A model generated the notes under the pieces. That model saw only the letters and a program-made list of their open reading frames with translations, searched no databases and was not told the origin of the DNA. From Fimbriosthenelais zetlandica (Eukaryota), in NCBI GenBank assembly GCA_977030845.1, contig OZ365113.1:16864001-16928000 (forward strand): a stretch of DNA of 64,000 bases. The letters are read 5' to 3'. This document shows, in pieces, positions 10,871 through 21,868 of this stretch (positions within the stretch are counted from its first letter, which is position 1; each line of letters opens with the position of its first letter). The translations under genes were made by a program, and so were the position numbers.

Positions 10871-11209
10871 GACTATTTTGTATCTATCACTGACAGTCCA
10901 CAAGCACTAGCAGTAGCATGGGAGGCGACTGAAACTGGTTTTTTTTAGCCCACGGTGTCGACGTCTCTTGATTGCAGCGAAATCTCTAACAGGTTACTCT
11001 ATTCATGGTCTAAGACCTGTATCCAGATCCACTATACTTGATGTAATTACTAACGCTTGGTCAAAGATAAATTCTTCCTTACGTGTATATAGGTAAAGCT
11101 TATGTTGAACGACACACTCTCCACTTTTTACCTACCCATTCCGCCACCCTGCCAAACACCAATATGCAACTGAATAAAACTAGAAATAGAACGATGTAAG
11201 ATATCTTAC

Positions 11210-11275
11210 TTTACTGTGTCTCCTTCCAATCCAACAATCCGTTTAATTATTTTCTGTTCACAGTTCACTGGTGAC
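11210..11275 (-). CDS. IMMP2L: IMMP2L internal exon SPVNCEQKIIKRIVGLEGDTVK, containing the catalytic Lys motif
   Basis: Acceptor tttttgtcttttcag| and donor |gtaaga; 66 nt, phase 2/2. Matches human [22 protein letters not shown] and joins in frame to 10271-10373. Confidence 0.95.
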
Positions 11276-12805
11276 CTGAAAAGACAAAAAATATGGCTCA
11301 TTTTTAATATAATTTCAACTGTTTGTGTATATTTCCATTTTAATTTTTCATCAATAAAGGTTTGAAAGAATGTTACAGAGAAACATTTAACCTTAGACTA
11401 TAGGGTACTGCGAAATTGACCTCTGCTGAAAGTCACTAAGGATTAATATTAATAATATGTTTGGTTGTCAACTGAAGAGACAATAACAAGGATTTGTGCA
11501 ATGTTCAGCTAATTAGGAGAAGCTGTCACGACTGAAGGAGATGTCAAAGGAGACTAGGGGAACACGAGGAGGCGAAGTCAGCTATAGGACATCCTCATTG
11601 GAATTAATGTGAACCTGTCACGCAACAAGGCTGTCACTAACAGGGGTCGACAGTAAAGTATGCGACTTGACTATCAAAAGACAAGCAAAGTTGCATAAAA
11701 TTAGTCTGACTCACAATAATGGATGGCGAAAAAGTTTCAAGAAATAATCGGAGACATTATTTAGTCTGCAGAAATAAACTGGCAAGCATAATCTGTTTCC
11801 AAAGAACATTTGTGTTATGGAGAAATACGTGACACCAAAGTGCCATGCCAGCTCTTACATTATACTCTCCCTACATCCATGTACATGTATCACCTCGCCA
11901 TGCAGTCAGTCAACACAAATACTCTGAAACTAATATCACCTTAAGGCATTTGCACTTTTTGCTGTCTATAATTATTCTGTGCCATCAATCCATTCATTAA
12001 GAAGGTGTGCACAGGGTTTGTGAATTAATTTTATCAGGGAGAATCCAATTTTCTTTCCACCTCAATGGCCCACAGAAGCTGGCAAGGAATTCTAAAATGA
12101 TGGATGGAAGTTAAAAGGGAAGGAAAGCCGGTCCCCTTTCTGTGGAGAGAGGAGGCCAAATTCTCCATCAATCACAATCTTCGATATTCAACACTTCTGG
12201 TGGGGGTTTTCTCACTTACTGAGCATTTGATGTGTTATGGAGGACTGGCAGGGAGCAGGGATACATTTAATTCAAGGGAAAACTGAATTTCAGCCACGAG
12301 GTACACCATTAGTATGCCTGACCCTGGTCATGTCCTGGGGTATAGATTAATCCCCTTGTCACAGCTAGAAGGGAAATGTTATGACGGGATTACCAGAATG
12401 CACAACATCCACTCTACTTAATTTTATTGGGATCAAGGTCAAGCCAAGTGGGATCCAGTCTCGATTGATCTAGTAACTATACATTCAATTTAGTCCTCAA
12501 TCTATCTGTCAGTTACAGAATTCAGTAAAGTGCTAATACCCGAGTAGCGCCGCCTCTAGCTGTAGTGCGGCCTCACCTGGTGGCCATGACTGGTTATAAT
12601 GCATCCAGTCAAAATGGACTGCGTCTCGGCTTTCTCCCCGCGCGACCGCAGTAGGGCGGGCGCTATACATGCAGTTGTCCCCAAATCCTATTTTTACTAA
12701 ATAATTCATTTTTGGGTAACATAAATTTCCCAAAGTCGGAGGTGGCTATCTGTCATATTATTATGCAACTTAGTATCACATTTGCAAATATTTGTATGGC
12801 CTAAT

Positions 12806-13990
12806 CGAGGAGAAATAGAATGGGAAAAGTATACTGTGGGATTTCTGCCTATGAGCTTATGCAGTAGACCACCGACATGCCATACTGCCTATTAAATAGG
12901 CAGTGAAACCCCGATTTGAAACTGATGGTCGCAAATGATGTCAAATGTAGATTGAGATGATTTAATTATTGTCAAACTTCGACCTAATTATATGTGTATG
13001 TGTCCCGATGTGTCTTAAGTTTTTGAAAACACTTATTTTGTAAATGTGGTTATAAATAAAAGGGAAAGGGTAAACTGTGGCCGTACTGCCAGTGATCTTA
13101 TGCATTTGGTCACCTGGTTAGAAAGCAGAGGAAGTGCAGTAAGATAAATAATTATAGGCCGGGTATTGCATTGCAAACTTATCACTTTCCTGTAGGTGTA
13201 GGCCTAAGTTACAAATGTGTGAAACGCTACTTTTGGTTCACACCTTGTAGGGTGAGAATTCAATGAAAAATTGCATAGGGTGAAATCCTTATATTCAGTC
13301 ACAACTTTATCATCCTGTCCTTCGGGGATGCTGGTGGGGGACAGGAGTGGGGCATATATACAGTACTATAATAAGATGATGTAGTATTAAATTCCTACAT
13401 AATGATATGAATATTTATGAAGCTATATAACTATATCCCGTACATCACCAACCGCGGCCAAACCATTAGCCGGTGGTCTACTGCATAAGCTCATAGGCAG
13501 AAGTTCCACAGTATACTTTTCCCATTCCATTTTCCTCGGAGTGGGTCATATATACAGTACTATAGTAGGATGATGTAGTATTAATCTTCCACCTAATTAT
13601 ATGAATATTTGGAATGATTTGTCTTAACTTTTTCATGTAAATTTAATAAGTTGTATGTACTCGTGTACAGACAGCGGCCAAACCATCAGTCATCCCGCAT
13701 GTGTTGCTCTGCAGTCCATAAAGCCAGTATGGCCGGTGGTCTACTGCATAAGCTCATAGGCAGAAGTTCCACAGTATACTTTTCCCATTCTATTTCTCCT
13801 CGGAGTGGGTCATATATACAGTACTATAGTAGGATGATGTAGTATTAATATTCCACCTAATTATGTGACTATTTGGAATGATTTGTCTTAACTTTTTCAT
13901 GTAAATTTAAGAATTTGTATATACTCGTGTACAGACAGCGGCCAAACCATCAGTCATCCCGCATGTATGGCTCTGCAGTCCATAAAGCCT
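12806..13990. repeat. Mixed inverted/tandem repeat
   Basis: 12806-12887 is the reverse complement of 13727-13802 and of ~13470-13540. A ~262-bp unit is tandemly duplicated (~13470-13731 and ~13732-13990), with a partial degenerate copy at ~13340-13470. Confidence 0.85.
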
Positions 13991-14469
13991 ATAGTATTTC
14001 ACTGCGGAAGCTTTCATATTCAAACACTGTAACTTATCATATCTTACTAATTGAAATATGGAAACATATAGGCCTAATTCTGGCTCATTTCTTTCCACTC
14101 TGTACATGCATTAGTCCTGTGCTAAGTATGTGAAATGTGTTAAAGCAGCAGCTAAATCATGGATAATTGTTCACACCTTGTGAGGTGACATTGTCCACTC
14201 GCATGAAACATGAATAGTGTTAAATCTTATAACCTAAGCCAGTTTGCGAAAGCCTACCCTGCTTTCCATTCACAACTCCCCCACCAGGTCCTAACAAATA
14301 TTATGTCGTTTATTCTTTTGTGCCAACACAGGAAATATATTTCATTACTAGTATTGAAAACGATAATAAAATCGATTTAACACAGTATGTTCAGAGACCC
14401 ATGCTTATATATAAGGGACCTATCATTGGATTGTTTGAATCGCTCAGCTTTTTCGCATTGCATCAGGAG

Positions 14470-15120
14470 AGTTCTCACTTCCGACTTCCGCCATCTTGTC
14501 TCCAATTCAAACAGGTAGGTAATTCATGGTCTTATATTTCTTGATTTTTCTCCAAACTTTTAGCGAATGCACCTTAACATATAATACTTCAAAATAGTTA
14601 AGGTGTTCAAGAACACTTTGTATCCTATTTCGAGTCAATTTATGCCAAGACAACGTAGTAATGGAAACATTTTTTAAGCACAATCCCGGGGCATATAATC
14701 AAAGATGGCGGGCCTACTCCTACCTGTATGCAAACTTTTATATCATACAGTCACAGTGTTGGTAACAATACTAACATGTGGTAGGCTATGAGCGCAACAC
14801 TAGGCTAACACTGACTGTGCACACATTTGAATGCAACTTTATTTTGGGGATAATCCCATAAACCTAGGGATAATCCCATACTGCCATATAGACCATTACA
14901 TGATTATTATTTGTCCTCGAATCAGGTCAGGTACAGACCGGGAGTGCGGCATGCATGCTGACCTAATTAGAGACCCACTAGACCCTAGCTTTTTGCTAAC
15001 ACCTGTCCTCACCTGGACAGGTGTCCGCCATCTTGTCACAAATGCACAAACACCGCACGCCCCCAAACAAACACATAATAAGGAAACAATCGTTTTAAGG
15101 AACCTCCTGACAAGGTAATT
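14470..15120. promoter_or_regulatory. Promoter-like island (YY1/ETS motifs, Inr-like site, splice donors on both strands)
   Basis: CCGCCATCTT at 14488 and 15025, AAGATGGCG at 14702, ACTTCCG twice at 14477-14490. Donors: CAG|gtaggt at 14515 (+), AAG|gtaatt near 15114 (+), CAG|gtgagg at 15012 (-). Such motifs also occur in DNA-transposon relics. Confidence 0.4.
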
Positions 15121-15194
15121 TCCCAAACCCATTTGCATAAAAAGTAGTTCAACAATATTTAATAAATACTTATATATATATTTGCTTTTTTCAG

Positions 15195-15247
15195 GTTGAA
15201 CACTGCAGTTCTTAGGCCAGATGATGTTTTCTCTTCGCCAACTTGAG
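15195..15247 (+). ncRNA. Putative 53-nt exon of a spliced, probably non-coding transcript antisense to IMMP2L
   Basis: Strong acceptor tttgcttttttcag| and donor GAG|gtatgg. A further acceptor taattttaatttcag| at 15507 and an AATAAA near 16701. Splicing gives only a 19-aa ORF (MMFSLRQLETFLLVIPIEN). No expression evidence. Confidence 0.35.
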
Positions 15248-15869
15248 GTATGGGACAGACTTAATAATAATCAGTCAATGGCGTCATGCAAACCCAAGAG
15301 TTAAGTGTTACACACATGTCGATTTGACTTCTGATCTGGTCATTCTTGTAAATGAAGAAATTCCCTTCCACTTAATCATGTCATATTTCTAATGTAATTA
15401 TAAAAAGGACTGTGATAAAAGCTAAGTGGGTGTCGCTTGACAAAGAGTGTGAAAATGATATTCTTACACGTAATGTCAGTTCTCAACTTTATTAATTTTA
15501 ATTTCAGACATTTCTTTTAGTAATACCGATCGAGAACTAATTAAGAACATCCAAGGACCACAACTAGTGTCCCGATATCAACTCGTCAATAATAATTTCA
15601 ACCTGCAACATATCACCTCCCCATCCACCTACATCTCTACCTACCATCTGCCAAGACACATGACCTTCAATGAAGACTTGACCAATCGAACAACAAAACG
15701 CATCAGTTTGTGTATAAAGAAGGAACCATATTCTCATAACTCGTCGACTCAACTACCAGTCAGAATGGAAATTAATTCTAGAAACAGACTAGATGAAAAG
15801 ATTAAATCTTTGTATAAACATATTGTTATCTGTGAAAATGAAAACTTAAACTAAAACATAATTCCTCCC

Positions 15870-16230
15870 CATCCATCCGCCTACCTCCTCTACTCAGTAA
15901 CCTTCTCATCCATGCCTTCCCTGATCCACCTGTCTTTGTCTCTTTCTGATCTCATCTCCCTCCTCTTTCCCCCTCCCCTCCCTCCTCCCCTCTCCCCTCC
16001 CTGCTCCTCCCCCATACGTTCCCTGCTCATTATCACCCCCTTTTGCTTTTCCCCCGCGTTCACCCCTCTTGTCTCCCATCTCTACTCCTTATCTCCTCTC
16101 CTTCTTTGTCTCTCATATCCACCTCTCAGTATCACCCCTGGTTCTCCCCCCCCCCCCCGACTGCCATCTCGCCCCCCCTCTCCCTACGTCTCTGTTTCTA
16201 CCTAAAACCCATTACCCCAACGCTCCTATC
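15870..16230. repeat. C/T-rich low-complexity tract
   Basis: Runs of cct/ctc/ccc; these explain the Pro/Ser/Leu-rich pseudo-ORFs at 15912-16357. Confidence 0.75.
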
Positions 16231-19200
16231 CCGCCTTTTTAGGGCTTACTGCAACCCTGGAAATGTAGGCCTAACATTTAATTTTTCTTATCAGCTACAC
16301 AGATCCATAATTGTTTGGAACATTTTCCTCCCTATAATTGTATGTTTGTGTATTTAACAGACTGGTTTAAGGTTTAGTACTAGGCCCATCATTATTTCAC
16401 TTTTAACCATTCAGTTTAAATTGATATTAATTAGGGTTGCTAAATATTATTTATCCCATCTGCGTGAATCCATGTAGCTTGTGCATAATTGAATCTTTCG
16501 TAAAATTTTATTATGCAAAAAGTACCTTTTTTGAGGTACCTTATTCTTCGTCTGTTTCATCTAACCCGAGATGAATGCTTGATGATCAATATTGTGTATC
16601 AGCATATTTTATAGCATGGTTTGGTCCATCATTTTACACGTTTATTGGATCATTATATCTACATTTATTTTATTATGATGTCAAAGTGATCTTTATGCAA
16701 AATAAAAATACATAAGCACAATGTATATCTTGCCTTTCTTACTACCAAGGACTGGTACTATTCTTGATTGTGGCCATGATATAGACTCCATAATGAAACT
16801 ATATCGTGGTCAATTTCAATAATAGGACTGGTCACTTTTACCTAAGAAAACTAATAAAAAAAATTTAATCCTAAAAAGGGGGGACCCCATGCTGAATCCG
16901 CTTTTGCCGCGGTGGTATACTGCGTGAGCGTCCCCAGGTTATAACGCTGTCTCTGTACCCGAGAAAAACGCTGTGCTTGTCGCGCGGTGGTATACTGCGG
17001 CCGCTCACCGGGTGGGAAGTCAGAAAACTTCCACGGTGGAACAGGCTTTATGGACTGCAGAGAAAGCCATGCGGGACGCCTGATGGTTTTCCCGCAGTTC
17101 GTGTCGCTTGGGTATGGGAATAACAGGAGTAAGAGATGGCTTCATGCTCGTATAACCCAATTTACCGATATCTCGAGCAAGTCTCTTATAGTTTTCTCAT
17201 AGACACTTCACCACTATGCACTAATAATGACCGCCCTATAGTAGATCTCTAAGGTGCATGATGGATGGCATGAAGTCAGTCCCATTATAAACCACCATCG
17301 GCTGGGTTTCAGTGCGACATTTTTCAACTTCCGGTATAATCCCCCTACTGATCTATCATCCACTAATTCCCTTACAAAGAGACAGCCCGTCATGACCAAT
17401 TTACAAGCCACATTCATTCCTTCACCGTGTGGAAGGCAGGAAATTTGTAAGTAAAATGACCTTGCTTCGCTCTTTAACGTGCCAAAGGCAATTTGCTAGT
17501 CTCAGTTGCCACTGATCTCTGAGATCAATTTTAACGGTTGAAATTTGCATGAGGTAAGCTGGGTTTAAAGAGGCGGCCATAATGAGTTTTAATCACTTTT
17601 GAAAGTTGGTCCTAGCAGATGGGGAAAACATTAATGATGAAAGGGTGGGACAAAGAATATGCTGGATTACAAACAGACGCTATTTAAAATCCATATAGGC
17701 CTATGCTAGTAGTACAGGGAAAGAGTGGAATTGGGCTGGCCATTATACTGTAGTTGTAATAGTGTTACAAATTAACAATACTACATGAAAAATCAGAATC
17801 GCCTGGGAGAGTATGTATTGTATAGTCTCTGTAGATGGCTTTTAAAAATATTTAGGCTCCTACATTGAAATATAAACTTTTACAGATTTTATAGGTTTAT
17901 CTGGGAGGCCCCTGTATGACTGTTGTTTAGCAACGAGAAAGCTAAACGGAAGGCAATCAGAAAAACCAATTCAGCTCAACTGAGCTCCTCCCTTGCCCTT
18001 GTGCCTCGCATGTCTCTCGGTCTGGCTCGCTGAGACACATTTCAAGCTCGACTGATTCTCCAACATGGCAGGTCACTTGATAAGACATCTGTGAAGTGAA
18101 GCCAGGATTCCCAGTCCCTCTTTCTGACATTCAGATCATAGAAGACTGTTCCAATACTTGGCTCAGAATTCTGCTACATGTTGTTTGGAAAGAGTCCAAA
18201 TTGAGGAAATAATTTTGCTGACACAAGATGCAACTACTAGACCTATAGAGCAACAGCTAGATGGTGAACCAAAGTTCACAAATAACGTTCTAGCAAACTC
18301 AGACAATCCTGAACATTCAGAATGTGCTTGGTGCCTTGGTAGGTAAAAGGCAATATGTATATACCAACAAGTCGTGGACACACCCAGACACAACTACATG
18401 AGGGAACGGTATTGAGGCAGGTAAATTACATTACCCGTCTCACTACCTATAGGAGACCACTGCTAGCCCGAACTGGCAGACCGGAAGCCAATATCCTGTT
18501 TAATTCTCTCCGCATGTCTGAGTCCAACAGCTGGTCTATCTGTCTCACCAAGATTAGTTATAGACCCTGCCACCAGTGATAGGAGAGGTGGTGCCAAAGG
18601 TGGAGTTCATGGTACTTGTGCAGGTAGCAGCAGTAGTCATTCAGAATGACGATTTAATTGTCATATTTTCTCTTATAAGTTCTTATGACAACTTTGGCAA
18701 GATGGAGAAAGTATATTGCACTTCTCAGAGAACAGGAGAAGGATGAAATGAAAGCTGTTACCATAAGTTAGCACTGTTAACTCAATGTTCGCACTAAATA
18801 AATGGTTTTATATGAAGAGAGTATAATGTTATTGGGTCCATGCAGAGCATGCAGTAATTTCTCGGTCAGGATGACCTAATCCTAGCATGGAAATAGGAAT
18901 GGGGCAATGCAACCATCCATGGCAGCAGTCTCATAAGTCAGACCTACCTACCAACCTACCTACCAATAGACTACAATCCAATGATCAGCAATCTAATGAT
19001 TAAAACATATAATTATATATCCTGATCAGTTTTCCAATCATTATTTTCAAAATGCCATATTTCAAAACCAATCTTCTGGAGAGAATATTAAATTTACAGT
19101 GAGGTAACGTTCAGATATTACTTGATGTAAAGTTGCAATTACCCAATCCATTACAGTTTTAATTTCAAACAGCATCAATGCCTAAGTGTCCAATCCCCAA

Positions 19201-21862
19201 AAGGTGGTCCAGTATTAAGGCTCCATCTACAAAGCAGTAGATCTCACTTACCGGCCATTACGGATATTGGACTTTCCGTTCAAGGATAAATGTATACAAC
19301 AATACCAGCAGTGGGGATGAGAAAGGGCCACAAAAACGATGGAAGAAAGTGGAAATCAGGAACAGCATTGTGCAGGGGTCAAGGTATTGACCTCCAGGTC
19401 TTAGTGAGTCAGGTACTAGCAATTTAAAATGGGGACTGGAATATTGTGATAAGTCTTAGGGCTATAAGGTAGGGGCTATATATCAGAGAGGAAGGGGAAT
19501 GGAATCTGGGCTATGAGGGGCTAAAACTACAAAGGGCCTTCACTAAATCTCCAGTCCAATAGACTGGCCATTTCCATTTTCAGACGACTCCTTCCAACAA
19601 TGCCATAATTGATCTCCGCGACATGTTTTCTCATATCAGTCCTAGCATTGCTCCGTAATAAAATAGGCCTGGAGAAAAGGAACTATAAGTAGGCCCAAGG
19701 GCCATGGAGTATCACACAATATATGGGGACTTTCAAAAACGTTATACAGACGTAGGCCTACCTAAGAAATCCATGATGTAAGGCACAAGCACTTTGGACT
19801 GCATCTCATGCAGTTTCATGGAATATCCAACAAGAAATAGGTCAAGAAAGCGAGTGGTCCAATCTTAGAACATTGAAAGAACGAATTGCAATATAAACAG
19901 TGGTATGCTATAGTCACCCCACAAAAGGCTTATTAGAGGTGATAAGACTGTCCCCGGCAGGTCATTTCCTCCAGTAATGACGATATTAATGGATGAAAGG
20001 ACCGCGCGGACCCACCAAAGTTCCCACTCCGGTCATCAATGACCTCCTGGGACTTGAAGGTCATGAGTAATGAAAGTGCTGGTTAATGCTGTGATAGAAA
20101 GGCCCTCTGAGGGTGGGGTCCTCCTGCACCACCTGGGGCTTTGCCCTTATATGGAAATCCAACCAACTAGAGATCAAAACCCAACTTTAATGTCCTTTAA
20201 AGGGTTCGCCTTCAAGGGATATTCTAACTATGTCAATGGCAGCTTTACTGAACAGTTAGCTCACTTTTGGGTGGAACAATAACTATACTAAAACAGAATA
20301 ATTTAGTTTATATAATATGTAGGTGCGAAATGATCCACTAACCAGTTCCTTATTCGCGAAGTCAGATTATTTTAAACCTTTTTGTGACAGATGTCTCTGC
20401 CTAATAATTGGCCAGATCCACTACAACTTCTATCGGTTCCATTTTATCATGTGAGAGAGTTACTAATCTGTTATTTGAGAACCACAGAGACTATCTGCCT
20501 GGCCATATGGTATTTGGAGTTAATCTTGTGTCTAGTGAACCGCTTCATCTACAGTACAAAATCTAGTAAGGACAGATTACCTCAGTAATTGGGGTTACGT
20601 CATTAATCTATTGTGAATCATGCAAGTCAGCAGTTAGTGGGCACCTGTCTAATAAACCCCTTAACTCTGTATACTATAATATCAGGTTATAATTGGATAG
20701 ACTAGCTCAGCTTCAACAGCACTGATTTCCAAAGAAATCGTCCAGTTTAATTTCGACTAAACAGGGGATAAAGCAAAGATTATCATCTGCCATGTGCTGG
20801 GGCAGATGGCTCTTCCTCTAATAAAACAAACAGCCTAACGGTTCATCATAGTTAAAAGCATATGGTCGTGAGAAAGGCAAAGCTTTATGACAATGAACTT
20901 CATCGTCTAAATGATATTCTATCAACAAAGCCTACTTTGAACTTGGTATTACATGACAGAGAAATAACACCTTCAATTGACACCTTGGGCGGCGATATCC
21001 AAGAATGCCACATGTTCATTATACGTACGGTTCCTATTATAACATACATTGCCTTATTCACTTGTAACTTCGTAATTCGGAAGCAATAAGTTTGGGGCGA
21101 TTCCGTTTTGCTATGGACTCGGATGCACTCTAATATAATGAGCAATAAACACAATCAATATAATCAATCATGTCTGTCTTCTTTAAGAAAATCGTCATTT
21201 TTTGGCACACGTTTCATTCACCATAGAACTGTTCAGTGGAGGTTTAAAAGTGTTTCCCCCCACAAGCCTAAAGGCGGATCATGCCGATCCCCCGCGGTTA
21301 AATCACAAAATCTTAAAATATCTTTTCCCTCTCCATAGGATTTTATGATTATCGCATATATATATACGTGTGTTAATACTTGTTGTGGACATATATAAAT
21401 TTAGTGATCTTAACTATTAGCTGCATGTAGAATCCTGTTAAGCATTATTTTAATCCCCTGAGCAGCATTTAATCTTCTACATGATGATTCGTTTTTAGAG
21501 GACCTTAACAGCAATGACCACGTGATGACGTAGAAGTTCAATATTAAAGGTTGAGGGCGAGCACCATGGCATAATAGAATGGATTATAGCTTACAGTTCT
21601 CCAGATCTGAATAAACCGATTTTGTATTAGGAAATGGACATAGGGCGGAGTAGAAACGTTTAATAGTTTATGAGGGACTACCATGGGACAGGAGTAGATG
21701 ACGCAATGTGTTGATGATATATAGCAGAGCGCGCTTTAAGCGCATTAAGGGATCCAATCTAAATGGACTGATCACCCAAGAGGCTTATACAAAGTACAGC
21801 AAGGATACAATATAATAAAATTACAAGCAAAGGCAAATGGTTTTGTTTTGTTTAAAAGTTCA

Positions 21863-21868
21863 TTTATT
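21863..21868 (-). terminator. Candidate polyadenylation signal for the RBM24/38 transcript (3' UTR ~2.8 kb)
   Basis: AATAAA on the minus strand followed by a T/GT-rich tract (tttgcctttgcttgtaattt). An alternative AATAAA lies at 22728-22733. Confidence 0.35.

Noticed and set aside
15248-15507. Intronic snoRNA in the candidate antisense transcript
   Set aside because: No correctly ordered C and D boxes and no two-hairpin H/ACA layout found.
16743-16841. Candidate missing IMMP2L exon (minus strand, good splice sites, reads …EIDHDIVSLW…)
   Set aside because: Stops in all three frames, and it lacks the PxLNP and RGD motifs.
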